A stretch of 63,919 bases of DNA, the filler included, from Collodictyon triciliatum (taxonomy: Eukaryota), in the NCBI GenBank assembly GCA_043381765.1. It is 5 parts of 5 records of this genome, joined end to end, with 100 filler letters (N's around TTAATTAATTAA, not from the genome) between each part and the next. Parts side by side here need not be neighbours in the genome. Positions count along the whole stretch, not along the records: positions 6,793 to 29,286 come from JBHJMP010000240.1; positions 29,387 to 45,476 come from JBHJMP010000241.1; 3 more parts are not named here. The stretch is one strand, 5' to 3'. This document shows positions 12,201-45,575 of the stretch, piece by piece. The notes below the pieces were generated by a model. That model ran no database searches. It saw nothing but the letters and a program-made list of their open reading frames with translations, and was not told the origin of the DNA. The position numbers and the translations under genes were made by a program. Positions within the stretch are counted from its first letter, which is position 1, and every line of letters starts with the position of its first letter.

Positions 12201-12731
12201 AGGACTTATTAGAACGGAAGAAAGCAGGCTTGAACAGCAACTATTCAACCATCTTATTCATCCGTTCACACAAAATTGAATATCGCTATGATAAAATATC
12301 AAACAAACATAAAATAACTAGACTCGTACCTTCAAAAGACAAAGACGGCAGGATATATATCAATATCTCTCAATATCGGAAAAGAGAAAAGAAAAGAAAA
12401 GCGAGGACTAAAATGCCGTCGAAATACGGTGCCTGAGTCTGGCCGATAAGACCACCAGACAAATCCAAGGACAGATAACAACGCAGGCTCCACAGGATAG
12501 AATATGCAAGACCTTCTCGACGTGGCATGGCGAGTCAGGCGCAACCCGTCGGCGTGAAATGCGTGTGTGTGCGTGGTCGCCGGGTGCTTGTTTGCTGGTC
12601 TCCGGCGGAATGTGGAGCATCGATCCCTTATGTGGAACAGCGCCCGGTTCACAAGACGCTTTGCCACCCGATACCCAATAGGAAACAAACCAATTAGGAT
12701 AATCCTGAAAAGGGAAAAATTGCTCCTCCAC
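9212..12731 (-). CDS. Putative ~130-aa MATH/TRAF-like protein; 8 small exons spanning the Fanzor element
   Basis: Phase-consistent GT-AG exons 12731-12691, 12512-12428, 12240-12169, 9798-9779, 9710-9683, 9571-9540, 9403-9347, 9272-9212 give MEEQFFPFQDYPNWSCIFYPVEPALLSVL...GGFCPGQGKDLSFLGFIKASAFVNPDLIRGDKTKFVTTFVIKFIHLQAE*. W-x3-YP and F-x2-FI resemble MATH motifs. Exons 4-5 have weak GAG acceptors. Confidence 0.4.
9855..9891 (+). promoter_or_regulatory. Two AAAATTGA motifs (Mimiviridae early-promoter consensus) just upstream of Fanzor
   Basis: AAAATTGA at 9855-9862 and 9884-9891, ~45-85 bp before the first in-frame ATG. The motif is AT-rich and also occurs elsewhere in the window. Confidence 0.35.
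9938..11848 (+). pseudogene. Fanzor1 (eukaryotic TnpB-family RNA-guided endonuclease), decayed by stops and frameshifts
   Basis: Across frameshifts: VKTSLKSMVKN..INDTVLLCHNLVTDTYLFTRCY; LPYLAKQVLTAYHNNIKEHSVKRLMRFIN; RTNNIPCHITLDT; YMIQTVGLAVSSLF; RuvC-I VDAGK (D 11064); FRKMRWRQYVNTKRSE; YGDWS..MPSIGRGLRKILSKRF; RuvC-II VNEFRTSKMCCNC (E 11640); CIEC; RuvC-III TRDFNSA (D 11789). Confidence 0.9.
11860..12000 (+). ncRNA. Candidate Fanzor omega-RNA (fRNA) scaffold
   Basis: Four tandem hairpins directly after the Fanzor stop: 11870-11896, 11898-11928, 11937-11955 and 11959-11978 (perfect TACCAATC-tttc-GATTGGTA). Confidence 0.6.
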
Positions 12732-13635
12732 AAATGGAATATAGCAACATCATATCCATATCTGGAGCAATACATTCAGCCAAAAAAGGAACAGAAAACC
12801 CCAAGAACCGTCCCCTCGCACCCAGGCCAAGACCAAAAATCATCATAAAGGAACAATGTCTCACAGTATATCGAATTTCTGCCACTGCACCCAAAAAAAA
12901 CCGCCGGAGCAGCCGACAAAGCAAAGCGCACCGCAGCAAACGAGCGAAGCATCGCGCAGTGATTAGCCACCCTTTGATTAATGAGCCGAGCAAAGATACA
13001 AAGTATCGCCCGAAATTAATCACGAGGTGATGAAGAGAAAGAGAGAAAGAGAGAGAGAAAGAGAGAAAGAGAGAAAGAGAGAAAGAGAGAAAGAGAGAAA
13101 GAGAGNNNNNNNNNNNNNNNNNNNNNNNNNNNNNNNNNNNNNNNNNNNNNNNNNNNNNNNNNNNNNNNNNNNNNNNNNNNNNNNNNNNNNNNNNNNNNNN
13201 NNNNNNNNNNNNNNNNNNNNNNNNNNNNNNNNNNNNNNNNNNNNNNNNNNNNNNNNNNNNNNNNNNNNNNNNNNNNNNNNNNNNNNNNNNNNNNNNNNNN
13301 NNNNNNNNNNNNNNNNNNNNNNNNNNNNNNNNNNNNNNNNNNNNNNNNNNNNNNNNNNNNNNNNNNNNNNNNNNNNNNNNNNNNNNNAAATAATATTAAT
13401 TTATAAACGAGGACAATTCATAAAAGGTTTATTGCAGGGGTAACGCTCTTTCCTCTCATATCTTCAAATAACCCTCTGCTTTTTATAATAAAAATAATAC
13501 GATATACACTTGAAGTTCACAAGCTGCGTTTCTTTAAAGGATCTTGGTGTGTTTTTTTCTTTTATGTTTATAAGGGCGAGTAACTACCATGAAGAAAGAA
13601 ATAAAGAAAAGGAGAAAGAACTCATAGTCACTCAC

Positions 13636-13704
13636 CAGCAGGTTGAAGCGATACTTGACCGGTTGGGCCCCGATGCGGTTCACCTGCTTTCGGAAAAACG
13701 ACAT
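13636..13704 (-). CDS. First coding exon of a possible NT-C2 (EEIG1/EHBP1-type) protein; remainder not found (N gap 13106-13388)
   Basis: tag|ATG...ctg|gtgagt exon encoding MSFFRKQVNRIGAQPVKYRFNLL, resembling the KRLQRVGKxAxKFQF start of EHBP1-like NT-C2 domains. Confidence 0.35.
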
Positions 13705-14896
13705 CTACAAGAAAAATAACAAGAAACGAGAAACAAGAAAAATTGAAACAAAAGATAGACAAGTAACTCAATAGATAAACAAATAAATAAATGAAATAAT
13801 AAAGAAAAAGAACACAAAAAACAATAAATAAGGTAAGAGGAAAGGAAAGGAAAGGAAAGGAAAGGAAAGGAAAGGAAAGGAAAAGGAGAGAAAAGTAAAA
13901 GGAAACGGAAACAGAATAGATCAATAAAAAAATAAAAAAAGGGGAATGAAAAAGAGAGGAGAAAAGAAAAATTAGAACCAAAAAAAAAAAAAGAAGGAAG
14001 ACAGTTCTTGGTCGTCAGAAGTGAACAACACCAAGACGGGTGGCCCGAGCCAATCGAGACCAAACAGCACTCATTCTTTCACAGCTCCTCCAAGGCTGCT
14101 TTGCTTACGCGCATTTCCTCCGTATTAGAGTTTATTGGAGTATAATGCGGCATAACACAGTGTATCCGAGTGCGTTTGTGTGTGCGAAAGCCGCGCCTCC
14201 AAACTGACAGTTTCCGAACAATCGCCCATCCACAAGACTCGAGCGGAGACCCGATTCGATCAGGCTAAACCGTAGCCAAAAGACAAGACGAGGCCCAAAC
14301 AAAAACCCATTTTCGCCTCGCTGCGAAGCAATTGGTTTCGATAAACCCGCGGCGCGGCATTCTTTTTGCTCCTCTTCAATTGCGGCCGATTCCAGCCGTC
14401 GAAAGGGGAAGATTTCTCGGAATTATCACAGATAGCCTTAATAGAATGGCCATTTGTGGAATTGAAGGCAAGGGTGGAAGATGTGGTTTCTGTTGCTGTG
14501 GCCTATCGCCTTGGACTGCGAGCCAGGTAGAACGAGAACATTGGGAAGCGGCGCCGAAAGAAGCCCCTTTTCTGTTGTTACAGCATTATTTTCCCATACA
14601 TCTGAGTCCAAACAAAAAAAATAATATACAAATATAATAAACCTTATATTTCATACATCTCTTGCATATCTCTTTTTTTATTTTTATTTAAAAAATGAGA
14701 AGGAAGAAGTAGAAAGATAGCCAAAGATACGGCGATTTGTGGGGCTCATAAATAGGAAGAAAGGAAGTGTCCATCACAGGGGTGTAGCGGACACAAATCT
14801 TTCATTCATTTTCGTCCTATTTTCCAAGTTGCCGTGTATATCAGAATATCACCACCACTCTCACTCGGTTCTTGAATATTCCAGGACGTGTTGTAA

Positions 14897-17800
14897 TTAT
14901 TGGTTGCCAAACTGTGTAGCGAGCTTTGTCTGTAGCATGCGCACATCTTGTAGCAACGCAAGGAGGTCTTGGTCGGTGTCTGTTAAGAGTGATGTCCGCT
15001 CTCTGATTTCGTTCATGATTTGCCCCCGTGATTGAGCCAGCGCAGCATGCTCCGATCGAAGTCGCTCATAGTCCTATTGGAATATTATGGTCATCATAAA
15101 ATAAAAGCAAATCGATGCAATTGTGAGTAAACCAGACTCAAAGCATTCCAGATATTAGAATCCACTATCGCGAAGTGCATAATAGTTATATAATTTAAGT
15201 ATCAACCAACTTGAGAACGACGACTGAGCTCTGCTTGTTCTGCTTCCAGTTGGCGCATAATCATCACGGAGCGATTAGTTTCTTCTTCTATTTGCTGATA
15301 TATTGAAACGTGAGAAAGGACTATGCTAATACAAAAATCCTCCAATATGGACCAATATGAGGGTAAGGAATAAGGAAGGAAATGGATGAACAGCCAAGGC
15401 AAATCATAAGCCCGTTTTTACAAATAATTGCTTTTACGCGAGATCTGAGTTCATATTGTTGGGCCTGTTGTTGTACGGTGGCATGCTCTGATTGAATCTG
15501 AGCTGACCTCTCAGCGTATTCGTCTTTTAGTTGCTTCTGTTTTGCTAAGGCTGTCTTGGCAGCCGACTCGTGTGTCTTGACATATTTACTGACAACGTCA
15601 GCAAAACTTCCACTAATGGTTGGAAACATGGCTTTAAGCGACAGTAATTTTCATTTATATATTATTGTTGGCCCGGGTTATTCAATTAAGTAAAAGACAA
15701 ACTAAACACAGGTAGGTAGCTTATATAAAACAGTATGGTAATTATCAAGAGACAAAGTTTCGATGGGTTTTAAGTAGGAGGAGGAGGAGGAGGAGGAGGA
15801 GGAGGAGGAGGAGGAATAGTGCAAGCTTGTAAGTCTATCAGACCTAAGGAATTTCTGGAGTACATCCATTTTTGCAGGCACGTTAGGGGTACGTTGAAAG
15901 TATTCAGCAAACAGACTTTTCAAAGCAGCAGAAAAGTCTTCAGCTTCGGCAAACTGTGAACTAGAAAGGCGAGACCAAAGCTCTTCCTGTATAAATGATG
16001 GTTTCAACCTCGTAAGAATAACACGCCATATTTTAAATGAAAGTATCTATTATATCGCTCCTTTTTCGTCATAAAAGGGCTAATAACCAGTATTCTTGCA
16101 CAATTTTCAGAGGCATGCTTCTCCACAGTTTGTTTCAGATGGGCATACTCTTGCATCATTTCAGTCTGCGTGTATATTAAGTTCAGTAACAAGAACAAAC
16201 CGCATGATTAACTGCAATTTAAGAGTTGAAAGCAGATGCACTTTATAGACTCACAAATCACAATTGAACAGGGTGAATATTTACCTTAAACTTTGCAAAA
16301 AACTCATCTTTCCGCATTCCAATTGCTTTCTCATCAAAAATTTTCTGAGCCTGTGACATGAGACTACATAGATAATTTGTAGGATTTTAGTCATTCCAAA
16401 ATCTCTTATTAACCATTGGATAAGTACCATGATTCAATTTTTTTTCACTACATTTCGATTATCTGAATAGGAAGAGTCCTATTCTCACCTCTGATGAAGC
16501 TGCTCAAATTCGGCAAGGGAAGGAACGCCACGTTCAAAAGGCTTTCTAATGCCCTGGCGATACAGATTGCGGATGATTTCTAGTGCCTCATGACAAGCAA
16601 CTGATGCAACCTGTTCAATATGTTAATTTGAAAATGTAAGAGACCATTTTTATCGATTTAAAAAAAAATCTTTGAAAAATTTCAAGTAAAAACAAACAAA
16701 CATAAACTCAAATTAATACATTTTCCCATGCACTCATAATGGTAGGGACTGCGCCTTTGTTAATGGCCTCGACGTAGGTTTGGGTCATCACAAGAAGCAC
16801 TAATAGATTAAAGAGTAATTTTGTTCAGCTATTGGTATTATTAAATCTAAAAATTACAGCCGTTTCTAATGCGACAGTATGATAACAAAATGTCCTAGGC
16901 CTGGAAAAGCGAGTCACAGTCATGAATGAAATTCCTATAAGTTGCCTTGGGAATATGTCAAGTTACGCAGCCCTTCATTACACATCCTATAGTTACTTAC
17001 TTGATCCGTTTAGCTCCTGTCCATGAATCATCTTTGGTCGCAACTGCTTAAACACTGTTTGTTTAAACTCCTGAAGCTGCCTCAAAAACTCTGGTCGCAA
17101 GCTAGGTATCGACAAGATTTTGAGCTTCAGGTATCGATATAAAACATTGAATTCGGGATTGATTGGAGAATAATTTATCATACCTAGATATTGGAAGCTC
17201 AGACATGTGTTTTAGGTCTTTCTCTTCCTGGACAGGTCTAACAAAGGTAAAACAGTCACGTTGGGGAAAGACCTGTCTCAAAGTCTCTCGAATATTGTTT
17301 CTTTCTACTGTCCTTTGCGAATCTCCGGGCTGATTTCTGAATGCGCTCTAACCATGGCAGAAAACGAGCGGCATATTATTTATTAGGATTTTGAGCTATA
17401 ATGGATTTACAGAAAGGCAATATTTGCTTAAGGGATGTTGATTTATGATCATTTGTTTGTATGGCTCGTATACATACATATATATAATCTGGTATAGACT
17501 TCAAACCTCGAGATACGCCTTCGGTGTAATCGGAGCCCCATTCCGGTCGACTAGTTCCAGAGAAAAATCACGAAGGAGCCATAAGAAAGAAGGAAAGAAC
17601 TCTGCCAGTGCAGAGGGATTTTCCTAAACACATATAACTTGATTAATTGTCATTAAAGCCATTATGCCGCGAAAAAAAAATTGTCTGAGGAATGGGTCAT
17701 TAACATTATCGCGGTCGTTGGCAAATCGCTTGATTCTTTTCGTCACTTCAGCTACCAATGTAATGAAGTCATGGATAAACGCAATCAAATTCCCAAAGTT

Positions 17801-19017
17801 CATATGTAAATCCAAGAACCACTCATGGATCGAAAGAAAAATGTAAATTGAAGAACCCATATGATGAAAAGATGTCTAAAAGAAAGAGAAAAAACACATC
17901 GATAGTGGTTGGATATGAAATTCTGTCGATAGCACTCTCATCAATGGTGTGCATGCTATTGTAGATAAAGAAAGACGACAATAATAATGCCATGGCAAAA
18001 ATATGGACGTTTGCTTCCTCGCTTCTCTCCAGCGAGTCGATTCCCTCTGTATCTAACAAAAGCATCTGGGTTGGGCGCCCATCATAACTAGTCGTTTGAA
18101 TTGGTTCTCCCCATATCCAAATACCTGACATTAATTTATGTAGCCATTAAGAAACGATTTATTGTGGTAAAGTATTCCTTTCTGAACCGCAAATTAGAAA
18201 ATAGACAAGATACCAATGTTTTTTCCTGAGATATTCAAAACCTTTTGTGCATGCATTTACAGTGCTGCCTGTTTGAAATCCACCGCGGCCTGATTGTCTC
18301 CCTGCGAGTTGATTCAGCAAGTAGCTTTTGCCTGTCCTGTATACTCCAGCGACAGAAACGACAGAGACACGCCCCTGAATCCTCTGCAGAATTTGCTGGG
18401 CCTGACCCGATATGGTGAACTTGCCATCCTCTTCGTACTAATGAGTTTTGTCAAATGGAGTATTCAATGGATCCAATCAGGGATAGCTCTTGAAAATTAA
18501 GGATGAAACCAAGAGGTCTAGACTGGTTTCCTTGTCTGCATGAGAAAAAAAGACGCATAACATGATTGAAAAGTCATGAACAATGATGGTAATTCAAAAG
18601 AAAAACCTGGATGAAAGGAACTGGACTTATGGATCCTTCATTGCTTAGGGAAACAGGTTGAGGAGGAAGAGACGATGCAGCAGGAGATCTGCAAGAGACC
18701 AAGAAACAAAAACAAAAAAAAATTGAATCGGATCAGATATAATGAATGAAAAGGAGCCATATGAAGCATACCAGGCACTAGATCACAAACCTTATGGGCG
18801 AGGCACCGGCGAGATCGGAGTACTGGGAAAACTGCGGAGCAGACATGGCCGAGTATGAATATCCAGTTTGTGAGGGTCTTGGATCCGGACTGAAGGTGTT
18901 TACAGAGGATGAAGACTGGATCGAAGGCGTTAAACCAGGCGAAGTTGATCGGCCATAGCCAGAAGCGCCACTCGGCGCATAACCACCCCAGGAATCCTGT
19001 GAATACGCCGGATTCAT
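14897..19017 (-). CDS. Guanylate-binding protein (GBP/atlastin-family large GTPase) with N-terminal low-complexity region and C-terminal coiled coil
   Basis: G1 AGVYRTGKSYLLN, G2 TVNACTKGIWIW, G3 LLLDTEG, FIYNS, FLWLLRDFSL, RDCFTFVRP, LRPEF, TYVEAINKGAVPTI. About 15 exons; stop at 14897-14899. Confidence 0.93.
17760..17916 (-). other. U12-type (minor spliceosome) AT-AC intron in the GBP gene
   Basis: 5' site ATATCCAAC, branch TATCCATGAC 9 nt before the terminal AC. Removal restores DESAIDRIS|LVAEVTKRIK, matching the conserved GBP helix. Confidence 0.85.
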
Positions 19018-19660
19018 CTGCAAGACGAGGAGAGAGGGAAAGACCTTCAAAATCTTTTCAAATCCATGGGTTTCTATCCATGATATTCTGGATACTTGAA
19101 CTTCTCCGGAGTTCCAACACTCTTAAGAGGCGGACTTGAGTCTTTGCCGTCAGGCGCCCCCGATCTTGCGGCTGCCTTGCGCCTTTGGCCTTGGTTGCGG
19201 TTGCTGTGCTTTGAAAAATGGATTCATCTCCGCCATTATAATCTATTGTGGAATATAAATGTAATAATTCAATATTCATCCATAATTTTATTATCATATC
19301 ATATAAGTGGCATTTTTCATTGATAATACAATAAATATTTAATTTCATAATTCATAGGGCGTCCTTCCTTCCCACCGTCTCAGTTCTCGCGATTTTCCCT
19401 TCTCAGAACTCGGATTCTTTCGGATTTTTTCACAGAATTGTGCGCACCGGTTGGCTCGCCTCTCTCGTTTATAAACCCGCAGCAGAAAGCAGCTCCGACA
19501 ACAAATGCAGTCATAATAACAAAGCGACTTGGCAAACACGAGCGAATCAGCAGAAGCAGAAGACACATGAAACCACAACAAACATGGTGATAAGTATTGC
19601 AGCCTTGTCCACTCTTTATCCTTCAAAGGAATGGCTGACCTTTTCGTTTCTCATCCAAGG

Positions 19661-21242
19661 ATGAAGTCTCTGAAGATCGCTCTTCTCTTCGCCTGCCTGG
19701 CTTTGGTGGCCTCGGCGGCCTCTGGCAAGAAGGATTACACCTACGAGGCTGACACGATCATCAAGGAGGCTTTGTACGGTTCTCGCATCCATATGCTCGA
19801 GTATCTTTGTGATACTTTTGGCCCACGACCAAGGTTTTATTCTTTCTTTTATATGTAAATTGCGCTACATATTTTATCCAGTTTTTATCTTTATATATGT
19901 CAAATATTTCAATCAAATTCAAACCTTGTTTTCTCCTTCATCAACCGGATCACTGACTCGGTATTATTGTAGTGGCTCAAAGGCCTTGGACCTTGCCAGT
20001 GACTGGCTTCTGAGTGTGATGGCGAATGATCGTCTTGAAAATGTTCACTCTGAGGGCTGCATGATTCCTCGCTGGGTTCGTGGAAAGTATGTGATTCGAT
20101 GAGTATATCTTACACTCTCTTCGACAATTCCAGACCGAATAAAATAACTCATTTACAGGAATATGTAAATTAGTCGGATTATTAAAGTATCTTTCTGTTC
20201 CAAAATATAGATTCTATCCTTCCCCTACTTTTCTTTCCACTTTCAAAAAGAAAGCTTTGTCCTTGAAAATTAAGCCAAAGTTCCCCGTCATCAACCTTGC
20301 TGCATTATGAATCAAATATTTATTACGAAAACAGCTAGGGATCATCGATCCAGCATGCAATATACTAAAGTTACTATTATTATTATTTTTTTTTAGCGAG
20401 TATGCCTATGTTCGTAGACCGTACGAACGAAAGTTGAATATGATTGGACTTGGCCACTCAGTCGGAACCGGCCCCAACGGAGTCACAGGAGAAGTCATCG
20501 AGGTTCTCAGCTACCCTGATCTCGAAAACAAAGCCAAGGTATTTACAAATATATATTTGCTGAGCTAGCAAAGCAGGAAAAACATAACACGCTGATAGAA
20601 TAGCTCGCCAACTTTAGAACGCGTTTCATAGTCCCAGCTTCCAATATATTTCTTTATCTGATCTAAATGAGTTCCTGTGAAACATAGCAAGGACTGATTG
20701 CTGGCAAAATCGTATTCTTTAATGTCCCATTTACAACTTATGGTGAAACCGTCAAGTACCGAAACTCGTATGGTTTTATCTTTCAATAACGTTGTTCATA
20801 TTACCTTGTTTCATATATATCTATGACGTAAACATCAACCTTTCGACTACATCGTAAACCTTTTTTGTTTTACATTTTGATTACTTTAACTCTACACTGA
20901 ACTAGTGGCCCTGCTGAAGCTGCAAAATATGGGGCTGTTGCTGTTCTAATCAGGTTTGATTCAGCAAAGTACCGAGTAGCCCTTTTTACATTCTAGTTTT
21001 CGTGCCATCCAATATGGCCTGCCAAATAGTAAAAGGGTTTCTTTATGCTTGATTATAAATAGATCAGTAACTCCGTATTCTCTTCAATCTCCTCATACCG
21101 GCCTCACTCGCTATGTGGACGGTGTTCGCAAAATCCCCGGGGCTGCCTTGACCTTGGAGGATGCTGATGTATTTACTAACCGAGGAATACTAATTTTTTC
21201 AATGTTTCTTCTCATGTTCATGCCATCAATATTATAATACTC

Positions 21243-21339
<97 letters not shown>

Positions 21340-23336
21340 GACTTTGGTTGGTGATATAGCTTCTTTCTCGCTACCTCCACCGCGGCGAGACTGTTGTTGT
21401 CGAGCTGTATATGGAAGCTACATTCTACCCGGACGTTGAGGGTCGCAACTTGGTGGCTGAGATTATTGGCCGCGAGAAGCCCGACGAAGTCGTTGTTATG
21501 GGCGGTATGTTAATCTTCCATGTGTCTTTCATTTTGTCCCCCTATTAGGTGAACCCCCCTTCCATCACAATATCTCTTATAACAAACTAAAATAAAATAA
21601 TAGGTCATATCGACAGCTGGGATAATGCCGATGGGGCACGTACGAACTTTTTTTTTCTTATTTTCAATTTATGAGAAGTAGAGGAGTTTGTAACAGCAAC
21701 TCCCCCTTTTTTCTTCTTCCTTTTAACATGCCAATTTCTTCATTTTGACACATCCTTTACTGGTTATTTAGTGGATGACGCAGGAGGTGTCTTTACGGCA
21801 TGGGAGGGTGCTCGTATCATGATTGACCTCATAAATGGTAACAATATGTGAAAAAACAACAAAACAACAATCAACAATCAATAGCCCAGCGAAATTCACA
21901 ATTTAAGACATAATCCTGGCTTTGAGTCAATAATTTTTTTTTTAAAAAAATAATAATAATTGGCCACTAGCCGGTAAAATTCAGCGCCCGCGAAGAACGA
22001 TTCGTGTTGTGGCGTGGACCGATGAGGAAACCGGAGCTCGTGGAGGGTTTGCGTACCGGTATTGCTTTAAAAGCAACATATCAGCTGGCAACAATGACTC
22101 CTGCTTTATTTTGTTAATGCTCTGCTACTTTTCTATACATTTAGGGGGGTTTGTTTTGAAAATCGACACACCATCATGAAAGCTGACAAATTTTCAATCA
22201 TTTTTCTTTTTGCATCTTCTCCTCTAAATATACAGAGACCGGTACATGAGCGTCCTCGACAAGCATGTCTTGGCCATGGAATGTGATGGAGGTAAAGTGT
22301 ATGAGTAGTATTGGATACCTCAGCTCAGTTTTTTTTTTAATTCTGAAAACTATATAAAAGAAGGATATGGAGTTTTTTGTTGATAAAAATAAGAAGTATG
22401 GAATCAGAGGGTTGTGTATTATTTGATGGCCAACTATTAAAGGTCATCTGAGCCCGGTGGGATTCAGTTTCACTGGTAGTGATGCTGCTTACTATATGCT
22501 TGCCGACATTAGTAGCAAGTATCTTGTAAGTTGAAAATCCCTGCAAAAATATATTTATGGTAAAAATAGACACTTTTCACTCTTACCCTCTTAAAATTCA
22601 GTCATGGAGGTTGGCTATTATTTTTTGTTCATACACATATGACTGATTTTTCAGGGAGCATAGTCTAGTTCTCTATCTTTCTCTTTCTCTTCTCAAAGAT
22701 GAAATATATGAAGGGTTCGATTGGAGTCGGAAACATGACCCGCGGAGGCGGAGGTGTCGACATCGACCCAATAATGAAGCAAGGTAAAGTGTACAAAACA
22801 ACGGAATATAATCGATTAGAATTTTAAAAAATAATTTAACTTACTTAAACCGCCTATCGGACTTTTTTTTTTTTTGGTACCTATCGTGTGTCGTGATTTA
22901 TGTCAGATAACTAAATATCCGATGCATGGCAAGGTGTTCCTGGTATGGGACTTGAAGACTCTACCAGCGGTAAAGCATTTGGAATGGACGCCAAGTACTT
23001 TTACTACCACCACACTAGCGCTGATACCGCCAGTATGATTCGCCCCGAGGTTCTGCTTTTCTTCTATCTTCTTTTTTTGTATTTATAAAAAAAAAACCAA
23101 CTGTTAATATATAATTGAAGAGAGAGAGGTGATCCACCGCCATTTTTTCCTTTCTTTCTTGCTTCCATCAGCAGAATGTGAAAGCTCTCGCCAATGTCCA
23201 GACTAACAACATTCTTGCTGCTTGAGTACTCATGCGTATCAACCAACAATCGTAGCAACTGTCCAAGGCCACCGCCATGATGGCAGTCATGTCCTACGTC
23301 GTAGCCGACCAAGTCGATCCTGTCCCTCGCGACTGA
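19661..23336 (+). CDS. CPQ: Carboxypeptidase Q / plasma glutamate carboxypeptidase (peptidase M28, secreted)
   Basis: Signal peptide MKSLKIALLFACLALVASA, DTFGPRPSGS, PRWVRG, LGHSVGT, RSVTPYSLQSPHTG, GGHIDSWD..GALDDAGG, WTDEETG, MECDGG, YFYYHHTSADT. Fully reconstructable with GT-AG introns. Confidence 0.95.
21243..21339. repeat. (TAT)n microsatellite in CPQ intron
   Basis: Direct reading. Confidence 0.95.
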
Positions 23337-23378
23337 TCCCTTCGCCTCCAGAGTGCTCATGGCTGAATAAAATTATAA

Positions 23379-23480
<102 letters not shown>

Positions 23481-23710
23481 ACTACACAAGTAAACATTAC
23501 AGGAGCGCACCATTTTCTTTTCTTTTCTTTTCTACCATGCATCCATACATCCATCCATAATAAACAATTACTGTGGAAGTGTATCGCTATTATGTATTAG
23601 TGGAGTATACCATTTTTTCTCGATCACTTTCCTCTGCCTCTCCCCCTGCTTCAAAACGGCCTCTGTCTCACTCCTCCACACATCGGCCCAGCAGGCCTCC
23701 CCACGCGAAA

Positions 23711-28993
<5,283 letters not shown>

Positions 28994-29286
28994 AACGGAG
29001 TAAGAAAAGCCCTGGGTCGTTTTTTTTCTCTTTCTCTCTTCGTTCCGATAAGTTCGTATTTAAATCCTAGTCAGATGATTCAGTGGGTTGTGTGCCATAC
29101 TTTGGAAGGGAATTTCTATCTCTATTCGAGAGATGGTTCGACTCAGGGGTTGTTTCCATTTCAGGGGCTTATTCTCTCCTTGCCTCTTCAGATAGCAATC
29201 TTTATATATTTATTAAATCGACGAATGACACAGACAAAAAAAAAAAAAAAACCCAAAAAAAAAAAAAAAAAAAAAACAAAAAAAAA

Positions 29287-29386
29287 NNNNNNNNNNNNNN
29301 NNNNNNNNNNNNNNNNNNNNNNNNNNNNNNTTAATTAATTAANNNNNNNNNNNNNNNNNNNNNNNNNNNNNNNNNNNNNNNNNNNN
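29287..29386. other. Artificial scaffold-join spacer
   Basis: Same linker; truncates the BEACH gene 5' end. Confidence 0.95.
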
Positions 29387-29568
29387 CTCCCATGCTTGCT
29401 TCTTTTTTTTTTTTTTTTTTTTTTTTTGCCCCACTTTTTTTTTTTTTTTTTTTACAAAGCTAATGAAACAATTGTATTTTTTCTGAAATAATAATAATAA
29501 TAAAAATAAAAAATTAAAAAGCAAATTAGGGTTGCCTCTATAAGGAGCAAAATTGATGATTTTGATAG

Positions 29569-36434
<6,866 letters not shown>

Positions 36435-36939
36435 CTCACTGCAGCAAAAATGCGCCCGAGTTCCTATAAAGAAAAAAAATGGGCATTTCGCTCGACTATA
36501 TAATCCCTAACCTTTTCCCCTCTCTTCTTTCACGACTTTCGTCCTTTATCATCCACCGCCCGCAAAGCCCCGTGGGAGACTTTCCAGCTTCAATTACATA
36601 CCAAGATTAAAAACACACAGTCTAAGAATAATAAATCCTTGGGATTATAAAGCACACCGGCTTTGATTTGTGCCTATGCAGGACAGGCGAAAGCGTGGCC
36701 AACCAACAATCAAGATATATCGATGGTCTAGTCATCTGTACTGTAACTGTGATTGCTATTGTTACTCTGATGGGAACAAATAATCAGCCTCAGCCTCTTC
36801 CTTCCGAATAGAAGAGGCGATAAATAAAATGACAAAGAAATGCACCGGGAAGAAGGCCGGGATTGCAACTGACCAGCAGCGCAGGGAGAAAATGGGTCAA
36901 GGAAGTTGTTTAACAAGGCCATCCAGGCAAATAGAGCAT

Positions 36940-45383
<8,444 letters not shown>

Positions 45384-45476
45384 CTTTTTTTTTTTTTTTT
45401 ATAAAGTAAGGGGTGAAAAGTAAAATTTTGTTTTTTTTTATATTCAATGAGTATTTTTTTTTTTATTTTTTTTTTT

Positions 45477-45575
45477 NNNNNNNNNNNNNNNNNNNNNNNN
45501 NNNNNNNNNNNNNNNNNNNNTTAATTAATTAANNNNNNNNNNNNNNNNNNNNNNNNNNNNNNNNNNNNNNNNNNN
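45477..45575. other. Artificial scaffold-join spacer
   Basis: Same linker; coiled-coil and NAA35-like genes lack 5' ends on either side. Confidence 0.95.

Noticed and set aside
14332-14800. Possible ncRNA (SRP or SECIS-like) with a GTGTCC..GGACAC stem
   Set aside because: No convincing family motifs; compatible with promoter and 3' UTR sequence.
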